DNA of 64,000 nucleotides from Rebecca billardiae RCC1528 (taxonomy: Eukaryota; Protista; Haptophyta). The stretch is from assembly GCA_965240325.2 (NCBI GenBank), contig OZ251227.1, positions 1,798,001 to 1,862,000 on the forward strand, in the 5' to 3' direction. Below, piece after piece: positions 1-9,800 of this stretch. The stretch's first letter is position 1. Each line of letters opens with the position of its first letter. The notes under the pieces were generated by a model. It was given only the letters and a program-made list of their open reading frames with translations, had not been told where the DNA came from and made no database searches. A program made the position numbers and the translations under genes.

Positions 1-2251
1 TCCGCCTGGTTGACCATCGACATGAAGCGGCGCATCGACGCGGACATGCCCTCCTCGTTGATCACCGCGGGCGAGTCGACGAGGCGCGAGGACATGGCGA
101 CGCCCGAGACCTTGCCCGCGAGCGCCTCGTCGGCCATCCACTTGGCCAGCGCGTCCGCCTCCTCCGCGGGCAGCGCCGGCGCCTTGTCCTCGTCGGGCAG
201 CGTGAGGTCGGCGTTGGTCGCGGACGTGAGGATCTTGCCCTCGTACTGGCCCGCATTCTGCATGACGAAATCGTCGATCTCCTGGAAGCAGTAGAGCACC
301 TCCATCTTGCGCTTGCGGAAGACCTCCATGTACGCGCTGCTCTCCGCTGCGGCGCGCGAGCTCGTCACGAGGTAGTACACCTTGTCCCCCTGCTCGGGCG
401 GCATGCGCGAGATGTAGTCGTCGAGCGAGGTGACCTCGCCCGCGTCGAGCGTGGACGTCTCAAAGCGCAGCAGCTGCATGATCTCCTTCTGGTGCATGAA
501 GTCGGTGCACACGCCCTCCTTGAAGAAGCGCTGGAACTCCGAGTAGAAGGCGAGGTACCCCCCCGGGTCCTTCTTCCCCTCCTCGGCGAACCACTTGAGC
601 AGCCGCGACGAGAGCACGCCGTTCATCCGGCGCAGCAGCGCCGAGTCCTGCATCGACTCGCGCGAGATGTTGAGCGGGATGTCCTCCGAGTCGACCACGC
701 CCACGATGAAGCGCATCCACTGCGGCAGGATGTGAGCCGAGTTGGCGGTGATCAGCACCTTGCGCGAGTAGAGCGAGACGCACGGCTCCTGCTGCCCCAT
801 CCCCATCTTCTCCTTGTGCTGCTGCGGCACGTAGAAGACCGACTTGATCGCGATCGGCGCGTCCGTCTGGAACTGCAGCGTGTACCTGCGCGCGCACGGC
901 CGAGCGACGCGGAGGGAGGGCAGGAAGGAGGGCAACGCGGCGGCGCGGCGGCCGCGGCGCTGCTGAGCCCAGGGGCGGGATCGGCGGCGCGGTGCGCTGC
1001 GCCGCGCGCGAGCGCGCGCGCGCGCGTGCACACGCACATCGGGCTGTCGTACGCGTGCGACAGGTGTCGGTACAGCTCCTCGTGCTCCTCGGTGCTCACG
1101 TCCTTCTTGGCCTTCATCCACACGGGCTCGACGTTGTTGATGCGCTCGCCGTGCAGCAGCACGGGGTACGTGACGAAGGAGGAGTGCTTGCGGATGATGC
1201 GCTCGAGGTTGTAGCGCGAGGCGAATTCGGCGGCGCCCTCCTTCAGCGTGATCTCGATCTTCGTGCCCGTGCGCACGTTCGACGCCTTGGCGAGCGAGTA
1301 GCTGCCGTCCCCAGTCGAGGTCCAGCACCAGCCCGCGCCCTCCGCGTCCTCGCTGCCCGAGTGGCGCGAGAACACGCGCACCGAGTCCGCGACCATGAAG
1401 ACGGAGTAGAAGCCGACGCCGAAGCGGCCGATGATGCTCGACGCCGCCTCGTTCACCGTCTCCGCCGAGTCGTCGCCCTTGAGCTCGTTCAGGAAGGCCT
1501 GAGACCCTGCGCGGCGGCGGCGCCCAGTGCGCGCGGCGGCAGCGCGCTCAGCGCGCCGCCTCGCTGCGCACCGCGGTGGGCGGTCGGGCGGAGCGGCACG
1601 CGGGCGCACCTGAGCGCGCGATGCAGCCTAGGTTCTCGACGAGGTCCTCCTTCGTCATCCCCACGCCCGAGTCCTGGATGACGAGCAGCCGCTTCTCAGA
1701 GTCGCACGTCACCTTCACCTCGAGCGGCGCGTCCGGTTGCGCGTCACTCGCGCTCGCCGACAGGAGCATCGCGTGCCGCCGCTTCTCGAGCGCGTCCGAG
1801 GCGTTTGACACGAGCTCGCGGATGAACACCTCCTTGTCCGTGTACAGCGACTTGGCCACGATCTCGAGTAGCTGCTTCGTCTCGGCCTCAAACTTGTGGG
1901 AGACCGTCTCGCCCTCGACGGCCTCGGCGGGCTCCGCGGGCTCCGCGGGCTTGTCGTCCGCTGCGCCGTCGTCCTTCTTGTCGATAACGCCGCTCACCAT
2001 CTTTGAGACGTCCGGCTGATCGCTCAGAGCTCGCCGCTGTGCCGCCCACTGCGGCACACGCGCACGTGCGCATGCTGCGCACGAGTGCGGAAGCGCGCGC
2101 GCGGGCAGAGGTCAGACGAGGCAGCGCCAGGAGAGAATGGACGCGACAACGACGCGTGCTCGAGCGCGACGGCGCCACGCTCGGCGCCCTGGCGCTCACG
2201 TTCGCTCGCAGCTCGCCGAACCGCGCTGCGCGCGAAGGCGCGAAGGAACAT
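1..2251 (-). CDS. TRAP1: Mitochondrial Hsp90 (TRAP1/HSP75), spliced, 3' end beyond the window
   Basis: Hsp90 motifs FEAETKQLLEIVAKSLYTDKEVFIRELVSNASDALEK, IQDSGVGMT, IIGRFGVGFYSVF and GVVDSEDIPLNISRESMQ. Presequence MFLRAFARSAVRR. GT-AG introns at about 2074-2200, 1507-1609 and 886-1037. Confidence 0.93.
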
Positions 2252-2355
2252 CGCCGTCTGGATGCACTGCGGCCTGCGCGTCCGCGCGGCCGGTTCCGGA
2301 CCGTGGTTTTCCGCCACGTGGGGACTGCACTTGTTCAGCAGGAATAAACTGCAGG

Positions 2356-3540
2356 ATGGCGGACCAGGTGGAGGAAGGCGTGAGGCAAGAGCTCATCTCC
2401 TTGGCATGTCCGGTCACGCTGAAGCGGCAGCTCCAGCCATGCCGCACGAGCGCGTGCAGCCCTCACGCGCGCACGTTCTGCGCGACCTCGGTCGAGTACT
2501 TGCGCGCAGGCCCCAGCGGCCGGCCTCGTTGCCCGATCTGCTCGGAGCCATTCGATCCGGCCACACAGCTCGCAGTTGACGGCAAGCTGGCCATCTTTCT
2601 GACGGAGCACCCTGACCACGACGTTGCCGCGGTGCGTCGACGGCCCGGGGGCATGTTCGAGTACGGCAAACCGCATCGGCTGGGCAATAAACAGGCCAAG
2701 CCGCGCGCGCGCGAGCGCACGCAGCTCGCGCAGCCTGCCACGGTGCCGCCGCTAGCAGCTCACTCGGCGCCACGCCTGCCAAGCGCCGCCGAGATCAGCG
2801 AGCGCTCGCGCAAGAACATGGAGGGGGTCGTTCTATGCCAGCGCTTTGTCCCGGCCCGTGGGGACTGCGGCCCTCGCCCAGGTCCTGCGCAGGATGCGGC
2901 GATGGGGTCTGAGCGAGCTGGGCCGCGACCGGAGGAGGCCTCACAGCACCCACCTGGCGCGGCGAGCGGCGAGCACGTGGCGGCGTTCTACGCCGCCCTG
3001 ACGCAGCAGCCTTCGGCCGCGCGTGAGGACGCGAGCGCATGTGCCGGCTGGTGGTGTGAGCCGTGCGCGCTGCTCGTGCGCGCCGAGCGCAGCGAGCACG
3101 AGCGGAGCATCGCGCATCGCTTTGCTCTCACGCGCGCGCAGCCGCCCAGGCCGGCGCCGCTTGGGATCCCAGAGGGCAACGTGGGCTACCGCATGCTGCG
3201 CGACGCGCTCGGCTGGGAGGAGGGCGCGGGCCTCGGCCGGCACTCGCAAGGCAGCACGCGGCCCGTGCCGACCCGGCTCAAGAGGGATCGGGAGGGCCTG
3301 CGCGTGATGAGCAAGCAGCGCGATGCCATGCAGCCGCTGCGCGTCACACACAGCGCCGCCGAGGTGATGGGCGCCGAGGCACGCGCTAGGCCCCGGAGCA
3401 AGGCTGAGCGGCGGTTGCAGCGGCGCGTTGCGCGCAAGCGGGAAGCGTACCTCATGCGGTGCAAGGAGCTGCTCATCCAGCGGCAGTTGCACGAGGACTC
3501 GCCGTATGACGGTGGCAGCAATGCGCTGCCACCGCCCTGA
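2356..3540 (+). CDS. G-patch protein (GPANK1-like C-terminus) with N-terminal SP-RING/RING-like zinc finger
   Basis: ISLACPVT...PCRTSAC.H...F...RCPIC resembles SP-RING. WCEPC...HERSIAH zinc knuckle. G-patch NVGYRMLRDALGWEEGAGLGRHSQGSTRPVPTRLKRDREGL. Confidence 0.8.
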   Translation: MADQVEEGVRQELISLACPVTLKRQLQPCRTSACSPHARTFCATSVEYLRAGPSGRPRCPICSEPFDPATQLAVDGKLAIFLTEHPDHDVAAVRRRPGGMFEYGKPHRLGNKQAKPRARERTQLAQPATVPPLAAHSAPRLPSAAEISERSRKNMEGVVLCQRFVPARGDCGPRPGPAQDAAMGSERAGPRPEEASQHPPGAASGEHVAAFYAALTQQPSAAREDASACAGWWCEPCALLVRAERSEHERSIAHRFALTRAQPPRPAPLGIPEGNVGYRMLRDALGWEEGAGLGRHSQGSTRPVPTRLKRDREGLRVMSKQRDAMQPLRVTHSAAEVMGAEARARPRSKAERRLQRRVARKREAYLMRCKELLIQRQLHEDSPYDGGSNALPPP

Positions 3541-3745
3541 TACTACACTATCAGACTCAGCCGTGACGAGCTCTGCCAGTGCCAGGCGGAATAATCACGC
3601 CATTACCTGTATAGCTGCATTCCTACTTCTGACGAAGTCACTGTCTCACTGACTCAGACTGTCTGAGCTACGGCTGTCCGACTCAGGTCAGAAGTCGTTA
3701 ATAACACTCACAGTCTAAGAGTCAGAGAAAGCAGTCAATACGACA

Positions 3746-3990
<245 letters not shown>

Positions 3991-4149
3991 AGTGTAATCT
4001 CTCTCGTCTCACTCTCTCTCTCTCTTGATCAAGAATGGCCAGGACCGTCGGCGCCAAGGCCCGTGCTCAGCGCGCTTGGCGCTTCCGACGACGGCAGACT
4101 GGTCTTAGCCAGACAAGACCGCACAAAGACTGCGGGCCGCCTTGTGATG

Positions 4150-4710
4150 TCATTTCTGCTCAGCGGTGATCCCAGGGTAGCCGACGTCCGCATACCGTGC
4201 CCTGATCTCTGCTGGTGTCTCCACACGCTTCACTGCACCATCGTTGAAGGTCTCCACGTTGGTGCCGATCGGAACTTGCGCAAATGCAATCAAACCGACG
4301 AGGGCCACGATGCCTCCAAGCACGGGGAGTAGAGCGGTTCCACCCTCCGACGGCTCATCCATCTCCTTCCACGATTCACTCAAGAGCTCGCTCGGCGCCG
4401 GACCCTTCTGGGCTGCCACCTTGCTCCGGAAGGAGAGTGTGGTGCTGTCGAAGCCCTCCGGTTGCGAAGCGGTGTTTGCGAGAGGCTCGGCAGCTGCTGT
4501 TGCCTCCGTCTCCGCCGGTGGCGCCTGCGCCTCTTGCGCCTTGAGCGCAGCCAGGCGCGCCTCCAGCTCTGCAATCTCCTCGTTGGGCGATGACATCATC
4601 TGCGGGTTGAACCTTGCCCGTGCTCGGTAAAGGCTCGGGCGAGCGATGCCGTGCCCATGAGCAAGTGCATGCACTGAGCAGCACTGGACGAGCACAGCGA
4701 GCATCAGCAT
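4150..4710 (-). CDS. Small single-TM protein with signal peptide plus transit-like segment (possibly plastid-targeted), function unknown
   Basis: MLMLAVLVQCCSVHALA signal peptide, basic RPSLYRARARF segment, short coiled coil and TM LLPVLGGIVALVGLIAFA. The start could instead be at 4746. Confidence 0.65.
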   Translation of the reverse strand: MLMLAVLVQCCSVHALAHGHGIARPSLYRARARFNPQMMSSPNEEIAELEARLAALKAQEAQAPPAETEATAAAEPLANTASQPEGFDSTTLSFRSKVAAQKGPAPSELLSESWKEMDEPSEGGTALLPVLGGIVALVGLIAFAQVPIGTNVETFNDGAVKRVETPAEIRARYADVGYPGITAEQK

Positions 4711-4911
4711 CCCGCCACCCTGGCACCACGAGCTGAAGATGACCATCGTGCGGGCGAAGACGAAGATTCCGCGGATTATTTTCGTCCGGATTATTTGCCT
4801 CATCCAGGGGCGTTCCCCGCGCGGGTCATGCGCCAATAAAAACTCACGCGCGAAAACAAAGCGCGGAAAATGAAAACGCGCTTGGCGCCGAAGGCGCGCT
4901 GGCGTCGATGG

Positions 4912-5813
4912 GCGCTTGGCGCGCGCGCGGCGCGGCGCGCTGCGGCCGTCGAGTTGCCATGCGAAGGCGGCGCGTTGCGTGCGTGGCATCGGAACGCTGC
5001 CGTGCTCCGCACTGCGCCCCGCAGCTCGCTCCTCGTCGACTTTGCTGCGCCTACGATCAGCGCGCACGCGAGCGTCGCCTCGGAATGAGCAGCCCGCGCC
5101 GGCCTCAGCCGTGAGCACCCGCCTGGCGCGCGATGCGATCAACTCGGGGCACGAGCTGTGGCTGAGCGAGGAAACATGTGCCTGCGCGCAAGCCGCGCCG
5201 CCTTGAGACATCGATCGTGCGCGTTGATGCAGCTTCAGACGGCTGTCGACGAATGCCCATCAGCCTGCACGAGCCTTGCATGCAGTGGAGATGAAACAAC
5301 AGACCGTGAGCGCCCTGAAGCGATGAATAGGAGTCTTCGGGTTGCGTGTGCGCACAGCAACTCGTGTACATCTATGCATCGCATGCGCGCGTGGCTGCCA
5401 TCATGCCTTGCTTAAGCAGTTGCTCTGATAAGGAGTCCTTTCAAGGACACCGCGACAATGCGCAAGGGCAAGAAGAATAGTTGCGTGCAAGGTGCGTGCC
5501 CTGCTCACGATCGGTGTCTCAAGGCGGCGCGGCTTGCGCGCAGGCACATGCTTCCTCGCCCAGCCGCAGCTCGTGCCCCGAGTTGATCGCATCGCGCGCC
5601 AGGCGGGCGCTCACGGCTGAGGCCGGCGCGGGCTGCTCATTCCGAGGCGACGCTGGCGTGCGCGCTGATCGTAGGCGCAGCAAAGTCGACGAGGAGCGAG
5701 CTGCGGGGCGCAGTGCGGAGCACGGCAGCGTTCAGATGCCACGCACGCAACGCGCCGCCTTCGCATGGCAACTCGACGGCCGCAGCGCGCCGCGCCGCGC
5801 GCGCGCCAAGCGC
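4912..5813. repeat. Long inverted repeat IR1: arms 4912-5219 and 5506-5813 (308 bp), 286 bp spacer
   Basis: The arms are reverse complements with about 7 substitutions by manual comparison. Mirrored ORF translations appear in the track. Confidence 0.95.
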
Positions 5814-5868
5814 TGGTGCGCCGCAGTCCGGGTTGGCGGCCGCCACTGCCGCAGCGCCAGTCCGGAAG

Positions 5869-5900
5869 GCAAAGCCCCCGCAGCGGGGGCTTTGCTTTTC
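5869..5900 (+). other. Perfect 12-bp GC-rich hairpin followed by TTTT
   Basis: GCAAAGCCCCCG-CAG-CGGGGGCTTTGC-TTTTC. Confidence 0.8.
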
Positions 5901-6023
5901 AGGAGCGTGTGGCAGGATCCCGGGAACGCCCTTGACTGTTTCTCGCGGCGGAAGACGTCGAACGCGACGAAAATAATATCCTGGTCAGCATGGAGGCGAC
6001 GATGCGGATGGACGACTGACAAA

Positions 6024-6488
6024 ATGGTACACCGTCGGAGCCGCTACCTGGTCGGGCGCGTCGAGTCCGCGGAGGATCTCCCCCCATCGATCTCGGCGCA
6101 AGTACTCCTCTCGCAGATCAGGGCGAGCATTGCCGACCTGCACGGGGACTTTGGCGCCGGCAGTGTTGCGCCCTCGCTCAGCGTGAAGTTCTTCCATCCA
6201 GCGTGGCGCTTGTTTGTCGTGCGCGTCGACCGCGAATTCGTGCACATGCTGCGCTCTGCGATGGTGAGCATGTCATTCCTCTCTCAGCGCGAGGTGCGGC
6301 TACGCGTGGTGCGCACGGCAGGCAGTGGGCGCTCGTGCAGGCGCCATGCTGGCAGTCTCCTCACTGCTCAAGTCCTCGAACGGCTTCGCAGCCGCGACGG
6401 TGGCTTGGCCCTGCCCCCACTGGAGCGCGACCGACTTCAGCAGCTGCGGCTCCAGGCGGAAGCAGAATTGGCGCGAATGCAGCCCTGA
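6024..6488 (+). CDS. POP5: RNase P/MRP subunit Pop5/Rpp14 family
   Basis: MVHRRSRYLV...IRASIADLHGDFGAG...LSVKFF...FVVRVDRE...VVRTAGSGRSC matches the Rpp14/Pop5 pattern. Confidence 0.82.
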   Translation: MVHRRSRYLVGRVESAEDLPPSISAQVLLSQIRASIADLHGDFGAGSVAPSLSVKFFHPAWRLFVVRVDREFVHMLRSAMVSMSFLSQREVRLRVVRTAGSGRSCRRHAGSLLTAQVLERLRSRDGGLALPPLERDRLQQLRLQAEAELARMQP

Positions 6489-6834
6489 TTCATGTGCGGG
6501 AATCCGCTGCCCTGATTCCTGTGCGGGAATCCGCACTTCTGACGATGTCGATGACTCGGAGAGTCTGAGGCTCGTCACTCGTCAGAGTCGTCAGCGAGTC
6601 TAGCAAATAAGCTATAAGTAAAATTTCGTCGAAAACCTGCTGATGCGCGCTGCTGATAAATAAACACGACATAGCTAGTTAGATAGCTGAGTCTGTTCAA
6701 GTGTGATTGCTCCGGGCAGTCGCTGCCTGACCGCAGTCTGTTCTAAAGTGTGAATGCGGCGGTCCTGCGGGCAGTCGGCGTCGCTGCCTGACTAGTGACT
6801 GACCGCCGGCCGCCACGGGGCCCGTAGTCTCGTC

Positions 6835-9800
6835 TCAATGCAGCTGCGCGCCCCCGTTGCCGCTCTGGGCGCTTTCCTGGGAGACGCCGCGCTTCCTCCT
6901 GAGCCACGACGATGGCGCAGCCGGCGCCGCGGCGGGCTCCGCAGCGGCGACAGCCTTGGCTGCCTTGCGCGGCTTGATCGTGCCGACCGGGCCAATGACG
7001 GACAGCACGACGGGCGCGAACGCGAGCCCAGAGAAGAGGCCAAGGAAGATGGTGCCCCACATGAAGATGAAGAACGTGCGGAAGACGACCGAGTCCGAGC
7101 CCGCGAGGAAGAGCGTGCCGAGCAGCGTCGAGCCGCCCGCGTTGAGGATGGACGAGCCCATCGTCTTGAGCGCGTGCGTGACCTTCGCCTCGCGGTCGGC
7201 GTACGGCGCGTTGTTGTACGCGTGGCCTAGGTGCACCGAGTAGTCGATGGCGAGGCTGCGCGCGCGCGCCGAGGACGCGCGCGCATGCCGAGGGCGCGTG
7301 GGCACCGCGCGCGCCGCGCGCGCCGCGCGCCGCGCGCGGCCGCGCGCACCCGAGCGCGATGAGCAGCGAGATGCACGAGATGCAGTTGAAGTTGAGCCCG
7401 GCGAGGCTCATCACGCTGAGCAGCTGCAGGTCGATGCACACCACCGAGAACACGGCGAGCAGCGAGATGAAGAAGGGCAGGAAGCACAGCGTGCACAGCG
7501 CGATCACGATCACAACCACCTGCGGGCGCAGAGCGCGGCGGCGCAGCGCGCGTGGAGGGCGCGGCCCGTGAGCATGGCGCCGGTCGGCCGCGCGCGTGCC
7601 GCCCGGCCTGCGCCGCCGGGGAGCGCCGCCGCCCTGGGCGCGGAGCCGGCGCGCGCGGCTGTGCGCGCGCGGCTGTGCGCGCACCAGCAGGTTCTTCAGC
7701 CCGACCCTCACGATCACGGAGTCGAACTTGCCAAACTCGAAGCGCACGTGGTACACGTACCCGTCCATCTTGTGCCCCGTGCTGTGCATGCTCTCGCGGG
7801 AGACGCTGCGCACGCACGGTGCGCGGGCACGGCGCGCGTGAGGACGCGTGAGGGCGCGCACGGCGCGCGGCGCGGCAGCCATGCGCGGCGTCGCGCCGCC
7901 GCCGGCCGCCGCGCGGCAGCCCGCCAGGCGCGCGCGCGCGCGCGCGCACGCCCCTCTTCCCCTCCTCGCCAGCCACGCATGCCCGCCCCGTTCCCTCCCG
8001 CGCGCGCACCGGTCGAACACTTCCTGCATCTCCTCCCACATGCGGTAGCACTCCACCATCACCTGCGGCAACACCGCCGAGACGACGACGCGGTGCGCGC
8101 CGATGATGCAGCCGCGCCCGGACTCGCACGCGGCCGGCACGTGCCCGCCGTCGCTCGGCTCGGTGTCGCAGCCGCCGGGCGTAAGCTCGGCAACGCGCAC
8201 GTCCATCCGAAACGCGCTGCCGCCCTTGATCAGCGGGATGTCCTCCTCCGACTCCTCCGTCGAGTTGTCCGCGCTCGCGGCGGGGTCGGGCGTGCACACG
8301 CCGCACGTGACCGGGCAGGTGGAGCGCACGATGTTGTGCCCCACGCCGCTCTCGCACCGCGACACGGCCTCGAAGCAGTGGTACCCGCCCGAGAGGTGCT
8401 GGAACTTCTCCTCCTTGTTCACGCACGGCTTGGCCTTGCGCTTGCTGTGCTTGTCCTCCTCGCCCTCCTCCTTCTCGTCGTCGCCACCACGCCGATGGCG
8501 GAGCTGGCGGCCGCGCGCGCGTGCGGCCGAGGGCGCGCGCGCGCCGCCAAAGCGCCGCCAGCGCCGCGCGTCCTCCCGCAGGTCGAGGGCGAGCGCGCTG
8601 TCGACGCCGTCGAGCTTGCGGTGGCGAGCGAGCACGCGCTCGATCGCCGCGCGCGGCACGCGCCGCTCGAGCTCGCGCCCGTACCCGCCGCCGCGCGCGC
8701 CGCGCGCCGCGCGCGCGAGCCTCCGTCCGGGCAGCTGGTCGTCCAGCGCGTCTCCCTCGTCCTCCTCCGTGGCGTTGAACGTGTCGAAGCCGCACTCGCG
8801 CATCTCGGTGTCCTCGAGGAAGTCGAGCAGGTTGCACATGGAGTAGAGCGAGGTGCCATCGCACTCGGACCACTTGATGTAGTCCTCCAGCCAGTCCGAC
8901 GCGATGTGGTGCACGTACGGCAGCTTGAGCAGCTCGTCGAGCACGTTGATCACGGTCGCAATCTCGTCCGGCACCGTCGGGTTGGTGCGCTCGAAGACGA
9001 CGGCGATCTTGCCCGGGAACTCGCCCGAGAAGTACTCGTCCACGTCGTCGAGGAAGTCCATGATGATCGAGTCCTCCGGCACCGTCTGCCTGTACGGCAG
9101 CCCGGGCTGGATCTCCTTCACGACGAAGCACGCGAACACGACAGGCGCGAGGTAGAGGAAGATGACCAGCAGCTTGACGGGCGGGGAGAGCAGCAGCCGC
9201 GCGTACGCGCCCATGAACTTGTTGCCGGGCACCTCGGCGTTGGCGGGCCAGTGGGGCTGGGCGCGCCGGCCGGCGCGGCCGGCGCGGCCGCCGCCGCCGC
9301 TGCTGTCGCCGCCGCCGCCGCCGCCGCCGCCATCGCCGCCGCCGTACGACAGCCGGGGCGGCGCGGTGGCCGTATCTCGCTTGAGGCTGCCGGGCGGTTG
9401 CAGCTCGTACTCGAGCGGCGGCGTGTGCTGCCCCGTGCTCGGCTCCGAGCTGTCGGCGGCGCCGAGCACCTCCGCGTGGTGCGCGCGGTGCAGCGAGACG
9501 CGCGACGGCACCGTGCCGCCCCAGCCCGCCTGCTGCGCGTCGTACTGCTCGCGCGCGGCCAGCACGTCGGCCGCGTGTTGCGCCTTGTGCAGCGAGACGC
9601 GTGACGGCACGGCGCCGCCCCAGCCGGCCTGCTGCTGCTGCGCGCCGAAGCCCTGGCTGTCATCGCGGACGAGCACGCCCGCCTCGCGCGCGCGGTGGAG
9701 CGAGGCGCGCGTGGGCGCGGTGCCGCCGTACGCGCCGTAGGTCGCGCCGTCGGCGTGGTGCACCCAGTTGTAGTGCGCGACGGCCTCGGCACGCGGCGTC

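Noticed and set aside
5869-5900. Rho-independent terminator call
   Set aside because: The shape fits, but this is a eukaryotic promoter-side location. It is kept only as a hairpin.
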